This document shows, in pieces, positions 9,541-18,175 of a stretch of 38,118 nucleotides of DNA. The notes beneath the pieces are model-generated. The model did not search any database and had not been told where the DNA came from. It saw nothing but the letters and a program-made list of their open reading frames with translations. A program made the position numbers and the translations under genes. The stretch is taken from IMG/VR virus record IMGVR_UViG_3300035703_000210, positions 1 through 38,118 of that record; one strand, given 5' to 3'. The DNA comes from a virus. Its lineage: Duplodnaviria; Caudoviricetes. The stretch's first letter is position 1, and every line of letters starts with the position of its first letter.

Positions 9541-10035
9541 ATGAACAAACTAATTATTGGTATTGATCCAGGTGCAAGTGGTGCGATTGCAACACTCCAA
9601 GGCAAGAAACTCATTGATGTGATTGACATGCCGATTGTGCAGCGCACCGTTGGAAAGGCTGTCAAGAACTTTGTGTCGCCACATGAGTTGCATACGCATT
9701 TGGCGGCCTACCTGATTGACTACGAATGCACCGCGTACATCGAGCAGGTTTCCGCCATGCCCGGCCAGGGTGTAAGTTCCATGTTTTCGTTTGGGCGCTC
9801 ACTCGGCAATGTTGAGGGCGTGCTTGCATCCTTACAGATTCCTTACCACTTTGTGCCGCCGCTCGTGTGGCAGCGCAAGGTTAGGTTGACGGGTGGCAAG
9901 GATGGCGCACGAGCATTGGCGCAACAAATGTTTCCTAATAACGCGTCAAGTTTTTCACGCAAAAGAGATGACGGGCGGGCTGACGCTAGTTTGATTGCAC
10001 TTTATGGGGTTATGAATGAGCACACAGGAAGTTGA
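9541..10035 (+). CDS. ruvC: RuvC-like Holliday junction resolvase
   Basis: Motifs 'IIGIDPGASGAIA', 'YIEQVSAMPGQGVSSMFSFG', 'PLVWQR' and 'DGRADASLIA'. Start set at ATG9541. Confidence 0.88.
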   Translation: MNKLIIGIDPGASGAIATLQGKKLIDVIDMPIVQRTVGKAVKNFVSPHELHTHLAAYLIDYECTAYIEQVSAMPGQGVSSMFSFGRSLGNVEGVLASLQIPYHFVPPLVWQRKVRLTGGKDGARALAQQMFPNNASSFSRKRDDGRADASLIALYGVMNEHTGS

Positions 10036-10207
10036 AAATCTAAAAGAGTTGTTGAAGTACACGCGAACCCTTGCCGCGGAAAGCGACAACAAGTTGCGCG
10101 TTGCGCGCAGGTTTATCCACTCGTTATTGCATCCTGAAGAGTTTGGACACGCAGTTACGGAAGAGGTGCGAGGCAAAGCGTTAGAAATCATCAGGCAGAT
10201 TTCATGA
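10016..10207 (+). CDS. Small helical protein, paralogue of 12180-12398
   Basis: 63 aa, ATGA-coupled to the epimerase. Its C-terminal half aligns without gaps to 12180-12398. Confidence 0.7.
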   Translation: MSTQEVENLKELLKYTRTLAAESDNKLRVARRFIHSLLHPEEFGHAVTEEVRGKALEIIRQIS

Positions 10208-10998
10208 AGCGCGTCTTGCTTATTGGATCCGATGGTTACGTTGGCAGCCAGCTGCTAAAAAACATTGCGCATGACGTGAATCTTGTGGCCGTTGATATAA
10301 AAACGGGCATGGATTTCATGGACATGTCAGACGTTGCACTTAGTGCGTTTGATGAGATCCTTTTCTTTGCTGGCGTGTCTAACGTTGCCGACGCTAACCG
10401 CCAACCGCATCGAGCCGTAGCGGAAAACGTTGTATACACATTGTGTCTACTTGAGCGCATGGCGGCACACACAAGGCTGATTTACGCCAGCACAGGATCG
10501 TTGCTTTCAAACGGTGATTCGTTGGTGGCAAACGAACAGCGCGAAAACGCTTATGACGCCAGCAAGTTGTCATTCGACTTGGTGGCTAAGTACATGGGCA
10601 AGCGCGTGATTGGTTTGCGCATGGGCACGGTAAGCGGATGGTCGCCAAAGATGCGATGGCATTTGATCTTTAACGCGATGAACCGATCAGCGATTGAAGA
10701 GGGGCGCGTTTACGTTACTAATCCTGATGCAATGCGAAGCATTTTGTTCCATGACGACTTAGCGGAGCGCGTGATGGAAATCATTGAAGATGACAGCGCG
10801 CAAGGCATTTATCCGTTGGCGTCTTACACCATGAGTATTGGCGAGCTAGCGCACGAGGTGGCAAGTGTTTACAAAGTCCCGGTTGAGTTTGGTGTTAGCA
10901 CAGGCACATATTCGTTCGCGCTCCCAACAATTCCGCAACTCTATTCAATACAAGAACGGTGCGAGCACTTCAAGAGAGCTTATGGACAAAACAATTAA
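10204..10998 (+). CDS. NAD-dependent epimerase/dehydratase (extended SDR)
   Basis: GxxGxxG 'IGSDGYVG', 'IYASTGS', YxxxK 'YDASK' and 'GLRMGTVSGWSP'. Confidence 0.9.
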   Translation: MKRVLLIGSDGYVGSQLLKNIAHDVNLVAVDIKTGMDFMDMSDVALSAFDEILFFAGVSNVADANRQPHRAVAENVVYTLCLLERMAAHTRLIYASTGSLLSNGDSLVANEQRENAYDASKLSFDLVAKYMGKRVIGLRMGTVSGWSPKMRWHLIFNAMNRSAIEEGRVYVTNPDAMRSILFHDDLAERVMEIIEDDSAQGIYPLASYTMSIGELAHEVASVYKVPVEFGVSTGTYSFALPTIPQLYSIQERCEHFKRAYGQNN

Positions 10999-12187
10999 CC
11001 AATGCTTGCTTTGCGAGGGGAAAACAGAAATGATCTTTGATCTTGGCGAGCAACCACCCGCCAACGCGCTAAAGAACAATCCCAACACATTTGTGCGCTG
11101 CGCAAGGCTTGCTGCGCAGATGTGTACACAATGTACGCACGTCATGCAAAAGGTGAGCTACAACGCTAAAGAACTATTCGATCACTATCTATACGTCAGC
11201 GGCACGAGCAACACGCTTAACGATTATTTTGAATGGTTCGCAGAGAACGTTTCGCTCCATCACCCGAACGCTGACGTGCTTGAGATTGCAAGCAACGATG
11301 GAACGTTGTTGCAGAAACTTGCCAAGCGTGGCGCAACCGTAACGGGCATTGAACCAGCAAAGAATTTGCTCGAACTTTCAAGCAAGAAAGGTGTTTACAC
11401 GATCCCGGCTTATTGGCCCTTGAACATGGGCAATGAACGCTATGACGTTGTGATCGCCATGAACGTGTTGGCGCATAACGACGATCCGATTGCGTTTCTC
11501 AAAGGCATTGAGGCTTGCTTAACGGATGATGGCGTTGCGTACGTCCAGGTGAGCCAAATGGATATGCTCGCCAATGGTGAGTTCGACACGATTTATCACG
11601 AACATGTTTCTTTTTTCACAGTTGACTCGTTTACCTTGGCGTGTACCAGAGCGGGTTTAAGGGTAGGTTTTCGCCAGCGCGTTAACGTGCATGGCGGATC
11701 GATGCTTGCAGCAGTATGTAAGCGTGACTCGTTTCCGAGTCCGATCCCCTTTGCACCGAGCAAGTGGAACGAGGGAAGGTTGCACCAGTTGACGTGGATG
11801 GACGGTCAACGATTTTCCAATGGCGTAAACCGTGCCGTGGAATCCATGCGATCCGTCATTAAGCAAGCCAAAAACGATGGGTATGTGGTGGTGATGGTTG
11901 GTTGTGCCGCCAAGGCCGTTACGCTGATGCAAGCCATTAACGACGATCCGCATGTCGTGGTGGATGAATCGCCATTGAAGATCGGTAAGTACCTTCCGAA
12001 CTCCACGCAGCAAATTGTTGCGCTTCAAACCGTATCGGAGATCAGGCAAAAGTGCCTTTTTATCCTTGGCGCATGGAACTTTAAGCAAGAACTGATACGA
12101 AAGTTGCAAGCACTGCGCGATCCACATCTTTACGATTCTGTTTTAACGCCTTTCCCAATGACCTTTAAGGAATCACTCCATGGATGA
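10982..12187 (+). CDS. SAM-dependent NDP-hexose C-methyltransferase-like protein
   Basis: Zn site CLLC...CTQC, 'LEIASNDGTLL', 'NVLAH', 'FDTIYHEH', 'VHGGS', 'GCAAKA', 'VVDESPLKIG.YLP' and 'LGAWNF'. Start set at ATG10982. Confidence 0.9.
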   Translation: MDKTINQCLLCEGKTEMIFDLGEQPPANALKNNPNTFVRCARLAAQMCTQCTHVMQKVSYNAKELFDHYLYVSGTSNTLNDYFEWFAENVSLHHPNADVLEIASNDGTLLQKLAKRGATVTGIEPAKNLLELSSKKGVYTIPAYWPLNMGNERYDVVIAMNVLAHNDDPIAFLKGIEACLTDDGVAYVQVSQMDMLANGEFDTIYHEHVSFFTVDSFTLACTRAGLRVGFRQRVNVHGGSMLAAVCKRDSFPSPIPFAPSKWNEGRLHQLTWMDGQRFSNGVNRAVESMRSVIKQAKNDGYVVVMVGCAAKAVTLMQAINDDPHVVVDESPLKIGKYLPNSTQQIVALQTVSEIRQKCLFILGAWNFKQELIRKLQALRDPHLYDSVLTPFPMTFKESLHG

Positions 12188-12398
12188 GTTTTCAGTTGAT
12201 GAGCAACAACCAGAAAAGAAACGCAGCAAAGCGTCAGCGATTAGCGAGTTGGAATCAAAGTATTCCGAAGCGATGGAGAATCTAACTGATTGCATCGAAA
12301 CGCTCAAAGGCTTGGAGCAATACGGGCGCTTTCAGGATGCCGTGGTTCGCCGCCGCGCTATCGAGTGCTTGAGACGCATAGGACATTGGCCCGCATGA
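12180..12398 (+). CDS. Small helical protein, paralogue of 10016-10207
   Basis: 72 aa, overlaps both neighbours and shares the E-x-[FY]-G...VR..A.E..R.I motif. Confidence 0.7.
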   Translation: MDEFSVDEQQPEKKRSKASAISELESKYSEAMENLTDCIETLKGLEQYGRFQDAVVRRRAIECLRRIGHWPA

Positions 12399-13045
12399 AA
12401 ATAATCATATCAACCACAGGAAGCCCAACGTTGCATGTCATGAAGTCCAGCGTATTTCATTACGCCAAAGGGGTGCAGTTGTGCGTATGGGACGGGAAAC
12501 TTGGCAACTTTGGCGATGACTACAACGCAGCTATTGAAGCGTTTGCAGAAGGCGATGATTCGTTCATCATTGCTAACGATGATGTTGTGATCACGCCACA
12601 AACCATGTCGTTATTGCTTGATGATGTGGCTGCACTGAGCAAAGTGTGCAAACGCATTGGCTTTATCGCAGCGCGTTCAGACTTTGTGCGACCACCGCAA
12701 AACATCAGAGTACCGCGCAACGAAGGTGACGCGATTGAGATGTGCCGCTGGCGCTCTGAGGATGCCATCAAACCCGTTGACGTGATCAGTCCGATCTTTA
12801 CCTGGGTGAACGCCAAAGCGATGAAGGATCACCCGTTTCCGCCGATCAACTGGTTTAGTGATGACGTTGTGTGCGCTGACATGGCGGCAGACGGTTATAA
12901 GCATTTCGTGTCACGCGCTTATGTACATCACGCAGGAAGCATGACGGTTGGGCGTGACGCTAAAGCGTTGATCGGTGCAGCCGCACCGTGGATCGTTGAG
13001 CACAGGCCGGAATACGCCAAAAAATGGTTTGGGGTGCAAGCATGA
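12395..13045 (+). CDS. Glycosyltransferase, GT-A fold (GT2-like)
   Basis: 'NFGDDYNAAI', DxD-like 'IIANDDVV', 'WFSDDVVC' and 'YVHHAGSMT'. Start at ATG12395 by ATGA overlap. Confidence 0.8.
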   Translation: MKIIISTTGSPTLHVMKSSVFHYAKGVQLCVWDGKLGNFGDDYNAAIEAFAEGDDSFIIANDDVVITPQTMSLLLDDVAALSKVCKRIGFIAARSDFVRPPQNIRVPRNEGDAIEMCRWRSEDAIKPVDVISPIFTWVNAKAMKDHPFPPINWFSDDVVCADMAADGYKHFVSRAYVHHAGSMTVGRDAKALIGAAAPWIVEHRPEYAKKWFGVQA

Positions 13046-14187
13046 AAACGCATCGCAGGATTTGCATTCTTACAAACACACATCCGTATGGCGTCACAGA
13101 AAACTTTGCCCGCCATATCGCTATCGGGTTTGCGGCACACGGGTTTGAGCCGCACATTGTGAACATCATGGCACCGCTTGAGCAGCAATTTCAGGCGATT
13201 GGCGCGTTATCCGCCATTGATGAATTGTTCATGATTGGCGCACTGCCGCTGAAGGTAAAGATTGGTGATGAATACCTATGGCGCGAAATGTCAAAGCGCG
13301 GTAAGCGCGTGACCTATTACGTCATTGACTCGTACCACAATGACTTGCGACGTGTGCCTGAAGTGCTTGAATACTTGAAAGCATCAAGCAGTGAGGACAA
13401 CCTTTATCACGCGTTTGCGGATTACGAAACAGCTGATGCGCATTTCTTGTGCGGCAATGAGTTGCGCTTTGGCGGGTTTCCTGCTGCGCCGATTGATCAG
13501 GAAGCCATGTACCGTGATCGCTTGCTTGTGTTTGGCGGGATTGGCAACGAGTTAGCGCAGATCAAGGACACGCTTGATGAAACGGTTTCTGAAGTCAGGC
13601 GAACCATTGACTTAAAGGATGATTACTTGTTGCTTGGCGATGGAAGCCATTGGGACGTGCTGAGCAAGGTGCTAGACATTCGCGTGCAATACGACAGGTT
13701 GCACGAAGAAACCTTATTGCTTGATGCGTATTGCGCATTGGATGCGGCGATGAAACGCCACAGACGATTGCATGTCATGTCTGCGCTTAAAGGTTTACCC
13801 ATTGACATTGCAGGGCCAGGTTGGATGGAGCATTTTGGTGAAGTGGACAACTGGCGATATGTTGGTTCCCAACCGCACGCCGCGTTGGGGACGATGGTGC
13901 AGCATTACGCGGGCCTGATTAACTTTGACGCCAATTGGGATTGGTGCCCGCATGACAGGGCACTTACCGCGGCACTGATGAACAGGTCAGTGCTAACAAA
14001 CAAGAACGCACTCAATGGTGAGCTAACGCACACTTACGCGTTTGGCGATTCACAAGCCAGCATTGCCGAGAAATGTGAAGCAATGCTTTACGACTCGCAA
14101 GCTGACACACCGATGTATCCATTTAGCGAAGAGCATTTCAAATGGACATGGCACGTTTCTATCAGGGACTACTTAAATGAGCGATGA
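13042..14187 (+). CDS. Putative glycosyltransferase, GT-B fold (CgeB-like C-terminus)
   Basis: 'ICILTNTHPYGV..NFARHIA.GF..HG', 'LPIDIAGPGW' and 'INF...HDRALTAALM..VLTN'. Start at ATG13042. Confidence 0.6.
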   Translation: MKTHRRICILTNTHPYGVTENFARHIAIGFAAHGFEPHIVNIMAPLEQQFQAIGALSAIDELFMIGALPLKVKIGDEYLWREMSKRGKRVTYYVIDSYHNDLRRVPEVLEYLKASSSEDNLYHAFADYETADAHFLCGNELRFGGFPAAPIDQEAMYRDRLLVFGGIGNELAQIKDTLDETVSEVRRTIDLKDDYLLLGDGSHWDVLSKVLDIRVQYDRLHEETLLLDAYCALDAAMKRHRRLHVMSALKGLPIDIAGPGWMEHFGEVDNWRYVGSQPHAALGTMVQHYAGLINFDANWDWCPHDRALTAALMNRSVLTNKNALNGELTHTYAFGDSQASIAEKCEAMLYDSQADTPMYPFSEEHFKWTWHVSIRDYLNER

Positions 14188-14371
14188 GAAAGCAGAACGC
14201 GTAATGCAAAAGGTGTATTACTTGGACACGGTTTTATTCGTGCCGCACTACTCAAAACCGCATTGGTGGGTGTGTGCCGGTGGCATGGAGCGCACGACGA
14301 CATGGCTAAACGAGCGTTACGCCACAAAGGAAGATTTGTACTTGTGGCCGCGTCACTGGAACATGAGCTAA
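14177..14371 (+). CDS. Hypothetical protein
   Basis: 64 aa ORF overlapping the end of the upstream gene. Confidence 0.55.
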   Translation: MSDEKAERVMQKVYYLDTVLFVPHYSKPHWWVCAGGMERTTTWLNERYATKEDLYLWPRHWNMS

Positions 14372-14388
14372 CTGTCATGGTTAAGTCA

Positions 14389-14418
14389 TTGAAATTTATA
14401 GCGTTTGTGGCACAATAT
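14389..14418 (+). promoter_or_regulatory. Putative sigma70 promoter upstream of the GNAT gene
   Basis: TTGAAA (14389-14394), 16-18 bp spacer, then TGG-CACAAT or CAATAT. No RBS before ATG14426. Confidence 0.4.
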
Positions 14419-14425
14419 GCCCGCC

Positions 14426-14860
14426 ATGAAAGCAACGTACACGGTCAAGCAAGTTACGGTGGATGCGAACCGAGAAGTATTGTTGCGTTACATGCAGCGG
14501 CAGATCCTTCCCGCGGACAACGTGATATGTCCGAGCAACGGTTGGTGGTGGGTGGCGTATCTGAAAGACGAGGCTTGCGCGTTCGCGTGTCTGATGCCAT
14601 CAGCCAGTTGGGAGGATACTGTTTACTTGGCGCGGGCTGGCGTGATCATGCACCACGAGGGCAACGGGTTACAGAAAAAGCTAATCCGTGCGCGTTGCAA
14701 GTTTGCTCGCCAACTTGGGAAAGTTTGGGCGGTAAGCGATACGACGGACAATCCAGCGTCAGCCAATTCGCTGATCGCGGAAGGGTTCAGGATGTTCGAG
14801 CCAAGCAAACCGTGGGGCGCGGAACGCACGATCTATTGGCGGAAATCGCTTGCCGTATAA
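14426..14860 (+). CDS. GNAT-family N-acetyltransferase
   Basis: Motif A 'YLARAGV...HEGNGLQKKLI' and motif B 'NPASANSLIAEGF'. Start uncertain (14417 or 14426). Confidence 0.8.
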   Translation: MKATYTVKQVTVDANREVLLRYMQRQILPADNVICPSNGWWWVAYLKDEACAFACLMPSASWEDTVYLARAGVIMHHEGNGLQKKLIRARCKFARQLGKVWAVSDTTDNPASANSLIAEGFRMFEPSKPWGAERTIYWRKSLAV

Positions 14861-15248
14861 AGATCCTGCTTTGCGCCGCGAGAAGCAACGCGGTTACGCC
14901 AAAAAGCATTACGAAAAGAACCGAGAGCGGATTAAGCAAGCAACGATCGTTAACAAACGATTACGGCGCAAGGCATGGGATGCGTACAAGGCATCACTTT
15001 CATGCGCGCATTGCGGCATCAGCAATCCTGCGCTGATTGACTTTCACCATGTTGATAAGACTAACAAAGAATCAGTCAATTTGTTAATTAAGAATGGACG
15101 GTTTTTGCGAGCGTTTGAAGAGGTTAAGAAGTGCATACCGCTTTGCGCAAACTGTCACAGATTAGTTCACCAACGGGAGCGCCTAAAGGCGCGAAAGAAG
15201 AGGAAATATGAGCTTTTACATCAGAGAAGGGATACCGATTCAGGTTGA
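14850..15248 (+). CDS. HNH endonuclease-like protein
   Basis: Basic N-terminus, then 'CAHCG...IDFHHVD' and 'KCIPLCANCHRLVH'. Confidence 0.85.
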   Translation: MPYKDPALRREKQRGYAKKHYEKNRERIKQATIVNKRLRRKAWDAYKASLSCAHCGISNPALIDFHHVDKTNKESVNLLIKNGRFLRAFEEVKKCIPLCANCHRLVHQRERLKARKKRKYELLHQRRDTDSG

Positions 15249-15468
15249 AGTGAAACCCGAAAAGCGCGTGCGGATTGGTTGCAACTATCAGCCGCCAAAA
15301 CCGAATCATGTCAGCTATGACATGTTGTGGCTTCAGGATTTATATCTCATTGGCCGCACACCTTGGTCTTACATCCGTTACAAGACACCGGAGTTTGTTT
15401 ATTGGTTTCTTGTTTGGTGCGTTGCGACGTACTTTTTGGCGCGGTTTGGCGCGGGGTATTTGAAATGA
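15208..15468 (+). CDS. Hypothetical protein with C-terminal TM segment
   Basis: AGAGGA RBS, 'RIGCNYQPP' and a hydrophobic tail. Confidence 0.6.
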   Translation: MSFYIREGIPIQVEVKPEKRVRIGCNYQPPKPNHVSYDMLWLQDLYLIGRTPWSYIRYKTPEFVYWFLVWCVATYFLARFGAGYLK

Positions 15469-15881
15469 GCAGAGAAGCTATGCAACTGGCGCTTGAGGCG
15501 CTGGAGAAAGTAATCACTGCGTTTGGATCAGGCTTAACGCTACAACAGAACGCTATCACCGCCCTGCGCAAAGCACTAGAGACAGAGCAAGAGCCAGTTT
15601 TGTGGCTGAAAACTTGGTCTGATGGGTCTGTGTCTGTCCTAAAAACTAAGTCGCATGCTTTTGCTGACCATGAATTAGAACCCCTCTACGCCGCACCACC
15701 AAAGCAATGGGTTGGGCTGACGGAGCGCGAGGTTGAATTAATTGACGAGATGATTGAAACCCAACTCCTTCACGCTGAACGATGCGACCACATGGCAAAC
15801 AGCACTATGGCTCAAAAGCAAAAGGCGTGGGATTTAGAACGCGTCGAGCTACTACGCAAGCTAAAGGAGAAGAACACATGA
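15465..15881 (+). CDS. Hypothetical phage accessory protein
   Basis: Start re-assigned to ATG15465 (MSREAMQLALEALE). Contains 'EQEPV.W', 'PLYAAPP' and 'WVGLT', a mosaic accessory pattern. Confidence 0.7.
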   Translation: MSREAMQLALEALEKVITAFGSGLTLQQNAITALRKALETEQEPVLWLKTWSDGSVSVLKTKSHAFADHELEPLYAAPPKQWVGLTEREVELIDEMIETQLLHAERCDHMANSTMAQKQKAWDLERVELLRKLKEKNT

Positions 15882-16171
15882 CTAACCACCTCGGACTTGA
15901 TGAACTTGCTATACAAGAAGGTATACGCAAGCCGTGGGAAACCCTGTTGATGATGACAAAAACTGCGTATGGGCTTTATGCCTTCACTCACAAGGATTTA
16001 GAGCACTTCGCTGCACTTGTCGCAGCACATGAAAGAAAAGTCTTCATCGAGATCCTTGAAACGTATCGAATCCCTGTCGGCAATTCTCGGTCTGGAGAGC
16101 TTGCTTGCGAGTGGACTTACCGAGCACTGCACGAAATTAGAGACGAAATTAAAGCAAGGGGTGAGCAATGA
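15878..16171 (+). CDS. Hypothetical phage accessory protein
   Basis: Start at ATG15878 (AGGAG RBS, ATGA overlap). Contains 'LEHFAALVAAHER'. Confidence 0.65.
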   Translation: MTNHLGLDELAIQEGIRKPWETLLMMTKTAYGLYAFTHKDLEHFAALVAAHERKVFIEILETYRIPVGNSRSGELACEWTYRALHEIRDEIKARGEQ

Positions 16172-16485
16172 ATGGCGCTGAAATCCAAAGAATGGCTCAT
16201 AACCTCGGACTTGTTCACCATACCGATCAAGTCAAATGGTTAGTCCGTCAGATTCTCCGTAAACACAAACCTCTGACCAAAACCGAGAAGATCTACTTAG
16301 CCCATCTTACGCAGCCTTACTCGCTCATCGAGCTATCAAAGCATTTTGGATGCACCACTGAAGGCGCAAGGAAGCATTTGAAAGCGTTAATGGCAAAAGG
16401 TCTTGTCGATAGGGAGACTCGTTATAAATGGACGGCGGGCAGACACGGAGCGTGGGCCTGGTACTACAAGAGGGATGATGTATGA
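16168..16485 (+). CDS. Winged-HTH DNA-binding protein
   Basis: 'PYSLIELSKHFGCTTEGARKHLKALMAKGLVDRE'. Confidence 0.7.
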   Translation: MNGAEIQRMAHNLGLVHHTDQVKWLVRQILRKHKPLTKTEKIYLAHLTQPYSLIELSKHFGCTTEGARKHLKALMAKGLVDRETRYKWTAGRHGAWAWYYKRDDV

Positions 16486-17546
16486 GCAAAGATCACAGTG
16501 AATGGAGTCCTTCGTCCGCGGAGCGTTGGATTGCATGTCCAGCGTCTATCCAACTGGCGCGAGGGGTACCGAGAACGGAAGCAGGGCAAGCCGCCAGGAT
16601 TGGTACTGCCGTTCATGCGTTGTCGGACATGGCGTTAATGATGGGTGAGAAGGCTAATCGGTATATCGGTGAAGTGTTTGAAGGGATCGCCATCACAGAA
16701 GAGATGGCAGGTTGGGCGCAGGTTTATATTGATTTCGTTGAGTCATTCGAGAAGGATGAATCATTTGGCGCGGCACTCATTGAGGAGCGCGTTGTGCTCG
16801 CCAATCCGTTATCGGCGCATGTGTTTGGCACGGCAGATTGCGTGATATGGAGTGACACGGAATGCGTTGTTGCTGACTTGAAAACAGGTCAGATAAACGT
16901 CGAACCTGATAGCGCGCAGCTGAAACTGTACGCGTGTGCCGTGGAGCCTAACCTACCGGAAAGCGTTAAGGATTTCAGTTTGGTGATTGTGCAGCCAACG
17001 CAACCGCAACCCATTAAAACGTTTAAGATCACGCGCCATGCGCTGAACGTGTGGCGTCAGGATGTGCTGTTTCCCGCCATCAAGCGAACGCTTGATCCGA
17101 ACCCGGACATTGTTGAGGGTGAGCATTGCAGGTGGTGCCCGGCACGGTCAGCGTGTCCTAAGAAGCGCGAAGCCGTGGCGGTTATCGCCAAAGCCGAAGT
17201 GGATGCAATGGATAGCGATGCTATGAACGCATTGCTTAATATGGCGGTTGATGCGCAGCAAACGATTGAAGCGATCCAGAAACGAGCGTTTAAGTTTCTT
17301 GAAAGCGGCAAAGGATTGGAGGATTGGACGCTTGTGGCGAAACGCGCTACACGCAAATGGTCTAACGAAAAGGAAGTTATGTCACGCGTGGAGGAGATAC
17401 CGGGAACCGTTAAGCGGATGCCGATCACACCCGCGCAAATGGAAAAGCAGTTTCCTGACATGTATCAGAGTTTGGCTGAATTGGTGACAGCCGAATCAAG
17501 CGGATTAACGCTTGGGCGCAAGGACGCGCCAAACATCACCGTTTAA
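16482..17546 (+). CDS. DUF2800 / Cas4-like PD-(D/E)xK exonuclease
   Basis: 'HSEWSPSSAERWIACPAS', 'GTAVH', 'FGTADC', 'DLKTG', 'QLKLYA' and 'GEHCRWCPARSACP'. Confidence 0.88.
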   Translation: MSKDHSEWSPSSAERWIACPASIQLARGVPRTEAGQAARIGTAVHALSDMALMMGEKANRYIGEVFEGIAITEEMAGWAQVYIDFVESFEKDESFGAALIEERVVLANPLSAHVFGTADCVIWSDTECVVADLKTGQINVEPDSAQLKLYACAVEPNLPESVKDFSLVIVQPTQPQPIKTFKITRHALNVWRQDVLFPAIKRTLDPNPDIVEGEHCRWCPARSACPKKREAVAVIAKAEVDAMDSDAMNALLNMAVDAQQTIEAIQKRAFKFLESGKGLEDWTLVAKRATRKWSNEKEVMSRVEEIPGTVKRMPITPAQMEKQFPDMYQSLAELVTAESSGLTLGRKDAPNITV

Positions 17547-17568
17547 CGCTTAATTGAAAGGTGTTTAT

Positions 17569-18108
17569 ATGCTAGGACTAACAGGTGGTGGATCTGGATT
17601 GCCATACATACGTTTCTCGCCACAAGCTAATGCGTGGACGAACAAGGAAGGCCAGGAAATCCAACTCAAGCAACTCGTGTTTGATATTGACGCCACGCAA
17701 ACCGGGTGGTTGATGCTGGCAACGGGTGTGCGTGATTGGCAACCGGATCACGAGCTAGGAAAGAAAGGTGCGCAGCCAAGCGCAGATCACAAGCGCGGAT
17801 TCGTTGCACGTTTCTACAACAAGGAGCTTGGCTTAGTGGAATGGAGTTCTAACCAGGCAGGCAGCAACATGGGGTTTGAATCGCTTTACATGGCGTGTTC
17901 AAAGGATCGTGCCGCCAATCTGGATAAGGTGCCCGTTGTCGAGTACCAGGGCGCGGATCTGTTGAAGGTTGGCAAAGGCGGAACGCGTAAGCCTAAGTTC
18001 GTGCTCATGAAGTGGATACCGAGGCCAGCTGGCATGGACGGCGAAGCCGAGGCGCCCGTGGCCGCGGTGCAGCAAGCAGCACCCGCGCAACGTGATGAAG
18101 AGTTTTAG
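17569..18108 (+). CDS. Putative single-stranded DNA-binding protein
   Basis: Lies between exonuclease and primase. Beta-rich core, Ala/Pro linker and acidic-aromatic tail 'DEEF'. AAGGTG RBS before ATG17569. Confidence 0.6.
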   Translation: MLGLTGGGSGLPYIRFSPQANAWTNKEGQEIQLKQLVFDIDATQTGWLMLATGVRDWQPDHELGKKGAQPSADHKRGFVARFYNKELGLVEWSSNQAGSNMGFESLYMACSKDRAANLDKVPVVEYQGADLLKVGKGGTRKPKFVLMKWIPRPAGMDGEAEAPVAAVQQAAPAQRDEEF

Positions 18109-18125
18109 AGCAACACGTTGAAACG

Positions 18126-18152
18126 AACCCGCGTTTATACGCGGGTTTTTTT
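18126..18152 (+). terminator. Rho-independent terminator
   Basis: AACCCGCGT-ttat-ACGCGGGTT hairpin running into a T tract. Confidence 0.85.
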
Positions 18153-18175
18153 GACGCCAACAGGAATAGAAACAA

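Noticed and set aside
14380-14400. TAAGTCATTGAAAT as an integrase arm-type or att-related site
   Set aside because: It is a single copy, no tyrosine integrase is present, and it is explained by overlap with a putative -35.
16482-17546. Cas4-like nuclease as evidence of a CRISPR system
   Set aside because: No repeat-spacer array or other cas genes are present. The context fits a phage replication/recombination exonuclease.
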